Virus record (IMG/VR): IMGVR_UViG_3300017971_000064
DNA from: a virus
Length of the DNA stretch: 53,457 nucleotides
Reading direction: 5' to 3' (one strand)
The notes beneath the pieces are model-generated. The model ran no database searches, was not told where the DNA came from, and saw only the letters and a list, made by a program, of their open reading frames with translations. This document shows, piece after piece, positions 49,650-53,457 of the stretch (positions are counted from its first letter, which is position 1; every line of letters begins with the position of its first letter). The translations under genes and the position numbers were made by a program.

Positions 49650-49817
49650 ATGAGTAATTGGAACGATTATGATTATTGTATGGCGGCTGTAAAGCAGAGT
49701 GGTTGGGCTTTAGAGTTTGTAAAAAAGCAGACTCCTGAGCTTTGTATGGCGGCTGTAACAAAGAATGGTAGGGCTTTGGAGTATGTTAGTAAAGATATTT
49801 TAAATTTAGTAAATTAA
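49650..49817 (+). CDS. Mini-protein made of two DUF4116-type repeats (55 aa)
   Basis: DYCMAAVKQSGWALEFVKKQTPE and LCMAAVTKNGRALEYVSKD. GGGAGG RBS upstream. Not in the ORF track. Confidence 0.5.
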   Translation: MSNWNDYDYCMAAVKQSGWALEFVKKQTPELCMAAVTKNGRALEYVSKDILNLVN

Positions 49818-49830
49818 AAAGGGATAAATT

Positions 49831-50118
49831 ATGGATGTTTTTAAGGTGTTTTTAAACTTTGAGCGCAAATATTTTAGGTTTACGGTAAGTTCTGATACTT
49901 GTCAGTTGTATCCTCCGAAGATGTACTTAAATTGGTACAGGCTTAAGCCTAACTTAGACGTTGTCTCTAGAGATCATGCGGCATTTGTTTTGACGATAGG
50001 CTTATTCGGGCTTGAAATTTGTTGTGAAGTGAAGTGGGGACATGTTGAGCGTACTGAGGTCGGTGTTGCGGGGAATAGGGTAAGTTTGCTAGAAAAGGGG
50101 GTAAAACGTGGATTATAA
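49831..50118 (+). CDS. Hypothetical protein (95 aa)
   Basis: ORF in the co-directional operon. Confidence 0.5.
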   Translation: MDVFKVFLNFERKYFRFTVSSDTCQLYPPKMYLNWYRLKPNLDVVSRDHAAFVLTIGLFGLEICCEVKWGHVERTEVGVAGNRVSLLEKGVKRGL

Positions 50119-50200
50119 TACCTTATTAGAATCTATATTATTGGCTATTGTTGCTGCTTGTGGTATAATGTTGTTATTACGGTTTAGAGGAGATTAGAGC

Positions 50201-50371
50201 ATGGATAGAGTTAAGGTTTTAGAGGCAGTTGTAGAGGTCTTGGAAGCTAATTTTGGCTCTTCTGAGCAGCATATTGTGTTGGCAAGTCAGATTGCCGATG
50301 CTGTTTTAGGTTCAAAGAAGGAAGTGATTATGTCTTCTATTTATAATATGGAGGAATTATATGATTCCTAG
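50201..50371 (+). CDS. Hypothetical small protein (56 aa)
   Basis: ATG with GAGGAGA upstream. Overlaps the next start by 11 nt. Not in the ORF track. Confidence 0.4.
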   Translation: MDRVKVLEAVVEVLEANFGSSEQHIVLASQIADAVLGSKKEVIMSSIYNMEELYDS

Positions 50372-50606
50372 AAATCCTAAAGCGGTTTTTGAGCCAGAAA
50401 GAGTTTATAGACATAGGTGTCCGTATGCGTCTTTGGATATGCATGTTTTGTCTGTCATTAAACTAGACGATTCTGAAGCTAAGTTACGGGTGTGCTATGT
50501 TACGCGAAATAGCATGCGAGTTCAGTACTTGGGTGTCGGTGATGAGTATATTGAGACTATTACGTTACCTAAGGAGCAGTGGGACGAATGGAGCTTGTTA
50601 CATTAG
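50361..50606 (+). CDS. Hypothetical protein (81 aa)
   Basis: GGAGGA RBS upstream. Confidence 0.55.
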   Translation: MIPRNPKAVFEPERVYRHRCPYASLDMHVLSVIKLDDSEAKLRVCYVTRNSMRVQYLGVGDEYIETITLPKEQWDEWSLLH

Positions 50607-50615
50607 GAGCTGATT

Positions 50616-50762
50616 ATGAAAGAAAAGTTTGAGTTATTTCTAGGTTTTTGTTTGGTGTTAGGATTTAGTGTGGTGATCATGGAGTTTATTATTGCGCTGC
50701 CGATGCTACGAAAATTTTTTACTGATGCGTTTGAGTTATTTTTGGAAACGGGGGTATTATGA
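50616..50762 (+). CDS. Small membrane peptide (48 aa)
   Basis: AGGAG RBS 7 nt upstream. TM LFLGFCLVLGFSVVIMEFIIAL. ATGA overlap with the next gene. Not in the ORF track. Confidence 0.45.
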   Translation: MKEKFELFLGFCLVLGFSVVIMEFIIALPMLRKFFTDAFELFLETGVL

Positions 50763-51088
50763 AATCAGAGGAGTTGCAAACATTAATGCAGGATTTATTC
50801 GATAGCTTGCCAGGTCAGAGCGTGTTTGGAAAAAAGATTTCGAAGATCCCGCTGGAGTATGGCGATATGTCTGTGCCGGTTAGAATGCTGCTTTCTAGGT
50901 TGAGATCATGGGGGCTGATGGAGGATAAGGACCTTTTGAGTCATTTGAAGTCCGAAATTAAGCGTAAAGATGAGCGGATTAAGGCTTTAGAGAGCCAAGT
51001 TGAGACTTTGGAGGCGCAGTTATCGAGTAGTGATAACACGGATGAGGATGATAAAGATAAGCCAGTGGGCTGGGTATACACGCCATAA
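50759..51088 (+). CDS. Hypothetical protein with C-terminal coiled coil (109 aa)
   Basis: ORF in the operon. Confidence 0.55.
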   Translation: MKSEELQTLMQDLFDSLPGQSVFGKKISKIPLEYGDMSVPVRMLLSRLRSWGLMEDKDLLSHLKSEIKRKDERIKALESQVETLEAQLSSSDNTDEDDKDKPVGWVYTP

Positions 51089-51103
51089 TAAGGAGCATGT
51101 TAA

Positions 51104-51364
51104 ATGAAGAGAAGTGACGCAGTTCGAATTATTCAAGTGGTATTAGATTCGTATATTACGGAGGCGGTGGAAGATTCTAACTTTATTGCTGATGTTATAC
51201 TTACTGATCTTGAAGAAATTGGAGGCATGATTCCTCCTTTTGAGTATGATAAGTTTAGAAAGAAGATGCCAGAGCATGCAAAGAATTTAGATATAATTGA
51301 GGCTGATATCGAGGCTCTGCATAAATGGGAGCGGGAGTCCTTTATTGGGGATGATAGTGAATAA
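51104..51364 (+). CDS. Hypothetical protein (86 aa), paralog of 52465..52686
   Basis: Both start MKRS(D/E), contain (I/K)(L/I)..(L/I)E(E/K)xG(G)M(I/L)PP and end in a Trp-acidic tail. Confidence 0.55.
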   Translation: MKRSDAVRIIQVVLDSYITEAVEDSNFIADVILTDLEEIGGMIPPFEYDKFRKKMPEHAKNLDIIEADIEALHKWERESFIGDDSE

Positions 51365-51569
51365 GTTAGTGTCTATTATTTGTCAAGAATTTGGGGCAGT
51401 TGTAGTTAGACAGTTTTATACGCTGACAGGGGCGCATGATTTTTTACGTGGTTATTTGTTGGAGCACCAAAGTAATGCCGATTACGTTGTATTACTGCTT
51501 GTTAAGGGGGATGTCTTGGACCATGGCGGCGATGTCTTAGTTTATCCTCCGGATATTGGGTTAGATTAG
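51297..51569 (+). CDS. Hypothetical protein ending ...LDHGGDVLVYPPDIGLD; start uncertain (an in-frame GTG at 51369 avoids the overlap)
   Basis: The C-terminal 17 aa and the downstream promoter DNA are repeated at 52816..52901. Confidence 0.4.
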   Translation: MRLISRLCINGSGSPLLGMIVNKLVSIICQEFGAVVVRQFYTLTGAHDFLRGYLLEHQSNADYVVLLLVKGDVLDHGGDVLVYPPDIGLD

Positions 51570-51601
51570 GACTTGACTTTGTCAATAGCTTGTGGTATAC
51601 T
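51516..51601 (+). repeat. 86-bp dispersed repeat (gene 3' end + TTAGGACTTGAC promoter), copy 1
   Basis: Roughly three quarters identical, by eye, to 52816..52901. The core TAGATTAGGACTTGACTTTGT is exact. Confidence 0.8.
51573..51601 (+). promoter_or_regulatory. Sigma70 promoter TTGACT-17 nt-(TGG)TATACT
   Basis: Near-consensus boxes with extended -10. Starts 4 nt after the stop codon. Confidence 0.7.
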
Positions 51602-51629
51602 GGATTAATTAGGAAATGAGAGGTTTTAA

Positions 51630-51833
51630 ATGATGGCATCGTCTGTAGCTAAAGCAATATTTAATGGAATTAAGGAAAAAAGAGAGAAGGACAAGTTAGT
51701 AACTACTTTGTCAAGTTTTAAAAGGGAGTCTCAAGAGTGCCCCCATGATTTTAAGCTCGTAGGACGCTCTTTATTTTCAAATAAACCTTGGTATGATTGT
51801 AAGCATTGTGGTAAGAAAAAAGAGGATTGTTAA
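51630..51833 (+). CDS. Small Cys/His protein (67 aa)
   Basis: CPHD...CKHCGKK motif. GAGAGG RBS upstream. Confidence 0.55.
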   Translation: MMASSVAKAIFNGIKEKREKDKLVTTLSSFKRESQECPHDFKLVGRSLFSNKPWYDCKHCGKKKEDC

Positions 51834-51834
51834 A

Positions 51835-52035
51835 ATGGCTTTAGGAAAAAAAGATAAGGAGTTTATTGGACGGATTTATAAAAGAGTGAAAAAATCTGTT
51901 CGTTTTTTTACAGATAAACTTGTTAAAAGCAATGATTTTAATTGCGTAGAGAATTTGAGTATTTCCTATTTTAAAAATATGGGGTTAAAGTCTATGTTAG
52001 ATGATATTGATTTAGAAAAAAAGAAGGAAAATTAG
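51835..52035 (+). CDS. Hypothetical basic protein (66 aa)
   Basis: ATG at 51835 lies 2 nt after the previous stop. The longer ORF-track start at 51793 overlaps the previous CDS. Confidence 0.5.
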   Translation: MALGKKDKEFIGRIYKRVKKSVRFFTDKLVKSNDFNCVENLSISYFKNMGLKSMLDDIDLEKKKEN

Positions 52036-52037
52036 GC

Positions 52038-52340
52038 ATGTACTTTTATAGTAATAGAACGCTTTGTGAGGTTCTTGAGGAAATGAGGAAGGCGGTTGAA
52101 GTTCAAGACTTTAGGCTGCTTTCGTCGCTGTATGTAGAGGCAGTGGGGTGTAGCATGCGAATGGTGGCTTTTGCTTGGTCTGAGGAGCAGTATAGAGCAT
52201 GGTTAAATAAACTTTGTTTGCTTTTGGGAGAGCCTTCGTTAACTGGAGAGTTGGAGACTAATAGGGAAATTATTGATGGTGGACGAGGGGAGGAATTGTT
52301 GCAGATTGTGTACGAATGTTTGGGCAATAGCAACTATTAA
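52038..52340 (+). CDS. Chimeric-looking early protein (100 aa)
   Basis: The N-terminal module is shared with 52929..53090. The C-terminal module ...IIDGGRGEELLQIVYECLGNSNY is shared with 899..1120. Confidence 0.6.
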   Translation: MYFYSNRTLCEVLEEMRKAVEVQDFRLLSSLYVEAVGCSMRMVAFAWSEEQYRAWLNKLCLLLGEPSLTGELETNREIIDGGRGEELLQIVYECLGNSNY

Positions 52341-52356
52341 TTTGTTAGAATATAGC

Positions 52357-52385
52357 TTGACAGGCAGAATTTAGTGTGTTAAGAT
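52357..52385 (+). promoter_or_regulatory. Sigma70 promoter TTGACA-17 nt-(TGT)TAAGAT
   Basis: Same -35 and -10 hexamers as the promoter at 1124..1152, and the same position after the ...LGNxNY stop. Confidence 0.7.
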
Positions 52386-52464
52386 GGGTTATTGGTAGTC
52401 TAAGAAAAGCAACTAATAGCTCTAGCGGTAAATTAATAGCCGATGAAGTTAATAGGAGAATGAA

Positions 52465-52686
52465 ATGAAAAGAAGTGAAATGGTATTGTTGATGTATGCT
52501 TGGATGTTGGAGCTTCCGGAAGATATTAAAAATATGAATGATGGAGGACAGCAAATGTATAGGTCAATGGATTTTATTTTAGATAAAATAGAAAAAGCCG
52601 GTATGTTGCCACCTTGCAAACCTTGGAGCGATGAGCCTGGTACTACTTGGCAAAGTGTGCATAGTTGGGAAGATGAGGATGAGTAA
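52465..52686 (+). CDS. Hypothetical protein (73 aa), paralog of 51104..51364
   Basis: See 51104..51364. AGGAGA RBS upstream. Confidence 0.55.
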   Translation: MKRSEMVLLMYAWMLELPEDIKNMNDGGQQMYRSMDFILDKIEKAGMLPPCKPWSDEPGTTWQSVHSWEDEDE

Positions 52687-52722
52687 TCGGGTTATTAGCA
52701 TAATTTGTACGGGGAGGGCACC

Positions 52723-52869
52723 ATGTACGATCCAGATAGCAAGTATTATAGATTACAGTGTTTCGAGGACTTTTACGTTGATCATCATGCGGCATTTTTA
52801 GATATAGTGCGTGGTTTGGATCATGGCGGGGATGTTATGATTTATCCGCCTGATGCTGGACTAGATTAG
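52723..52869 (+). CDS. Chimeric mini-protein (48 aa): N-terminus like 1186..1521, C-terminus like 51297..51569
   Basis: MYDPDSKYYRLQCFEDF... then ...LDHGGDVMIYPPDAGLD. GGGGAGGG RBS upstream. Not in the ORF track. Confidence 0.5.
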   Translation: MYDPDSKYYRLQCFEDFYVDHHAAFLDIVRGLDHGGDVMIYPPDAGLD

Positions 52870-52901
52870 GACTTGACTTTGTTTACAATATGTGGTAGAA
52901 T
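52816..52901 (+). repeat. 86-bp dispersed repeat, copy 2
   Basis: See 51516..51601. Confidence 0.8.
52873..52901 (+). promoter_or_regulatory. Sigma70 promoter TTGACT-17 nt-(TGG)TAGAAT
   Basis: Near-consensus with extended -10. Confidence 0.7.
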
Positions 52902-52928
52902 TGGAGAAATTGGTATATGAGGAGATTT

Positions 52929-53090
52929 ATGTCTTTTTATAATAATAGGACGCTTTGTGACGTGCTGACAGAGATGAGAAAGGCGGTTGAGGTTCAAGAT
53001 TTCAGACTGCTTTCGTCGTTATATGTAGAAGCGGTGGGCTGTAGTGTGAGGATGATCATGGGGCGGATTAGGCGCGATTTAAGTCTATAA
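52929..53090 (+). CDS. Truncated or diverged paralog (53 aa) of the N-terminal module of 52038..52340
   Basis: About 125 nt (52929..53056) look roughly 85 percent identical, by eye, to 52038..52165, and then diverge. GAGGAGA RBS. Not in the ORF track. Confidence 0.5.
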   Translation: MSFYNNRTLCDVLTEMRKAVEVQDFRLLSSLYVEAVGCSVRMIMGRIRRDLSL

Positions 53091-53105
53091 ACTTTGGAGG
53101 GCGAT

Positions 53106-53372
53106 ATGAGTTCGGTTAAGGAAAGTAGTATAGTGCAATTAATTACTGAGTTAGTGGACGTAGCTTCTTCTGTGAAAACATCTCTTAGTACTAGAGATTT
53201 TTCTGGTATTAAAGGTCAGATTGAGCGTTGGCAGACTTTAGGAAATCGGTTGGAGACTGAGCTGGAGACTCAAAGGGATATTGAGGACTATAGGAAGAAG
53301 ATTAGGAAGCTTAAGAAAGAAATTGTTAAGCTTGAAAATGAGATCGACGATTTAGTTGATTCTAAGTCTTAG
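53106..53372 (+). CDS. Coiled-coil protein (88 aa) whose 3' end lies in the terminal repeat
   Basis: ATG at 53106 with GGAGGG upstream. Heptad-rich C-terminus. The last 38 nt are duplicated at 1..38. Confidence 0.55.
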   Translation: MSSVKESSIVQLITELVDVASSVKTSLSTRDFSGIKGQIERWQTLGNRLETELETQRDIEDYRKKIRKLKKEIVKLENEIDDLVDSKS

Positions 53373-53457
53373 GCTTATTGTGATTGATAGGTTATATACG
53401 GTTATAAAGGTGCGTTTTAAGACTGTGAAATATGCGGTTAAGATGAGCACAGTTAAA
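53335..53457. repeat. Terminal direct repeat copy B (identical to 1..123)
   Basis: See the first feature. Confidence 0.95.

Overview
The window looks like one complete tailed dsDNA phage genome. The first and last 123 nt are identical, so the unique length is 53,334 bp and the molecule is circular, circularly permuted or terminally redundant. There are two transcription arms. The plus-strand arm runs from about 45.6 kb to the window end, wraps to base 1 and continues to 11.46 kb. It carries at least seven sigma70-type promoters with extended -10 elements, many small early ORFs (several in shuffled paralog families) and a secreted SLT lytic transglycosylase followed by membrane and lipoprotein genes. 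It also holds the replication module: an iteron-rich candidate origin, an AEP primase-polymerase, an SF3 helicase, a PD-(D/E)XK exonuclease and a family A DNA polymerase. The minus-strand arm (45.54 kb down to 11.45 kb) starts with an apparently leaderless HTH gene and a GC-rich island. An unusual accessory cluster follows: two ClpP/S49-fold peptidase-like genes (one with an export signal), a SemiSWEET-like PQ-loop protein and a GNAT. After that come large terminase, portal, scaffold, major capsid protein, a free-standing GIY-YIG endonuclease, tail and nozzle candidates, and three large ejection or fibre-like proteins with an embedded second GNAT. The arm ends with about a dozen fibre or receptor-binding-like genes (interrupted by an HNH endonuclease), a lysis-like trio and a RusA-like resolvase. 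I recognised no tRNA, CRISPR array, integrase, reverse transcriptase, phage RNA polymerase, tail sheath or tail tube. The gene order fits a podovirus-like virion transcribed by host RNA polymerase. All functional calls rest on motifs read by eye plus gene order; no database search was possible.
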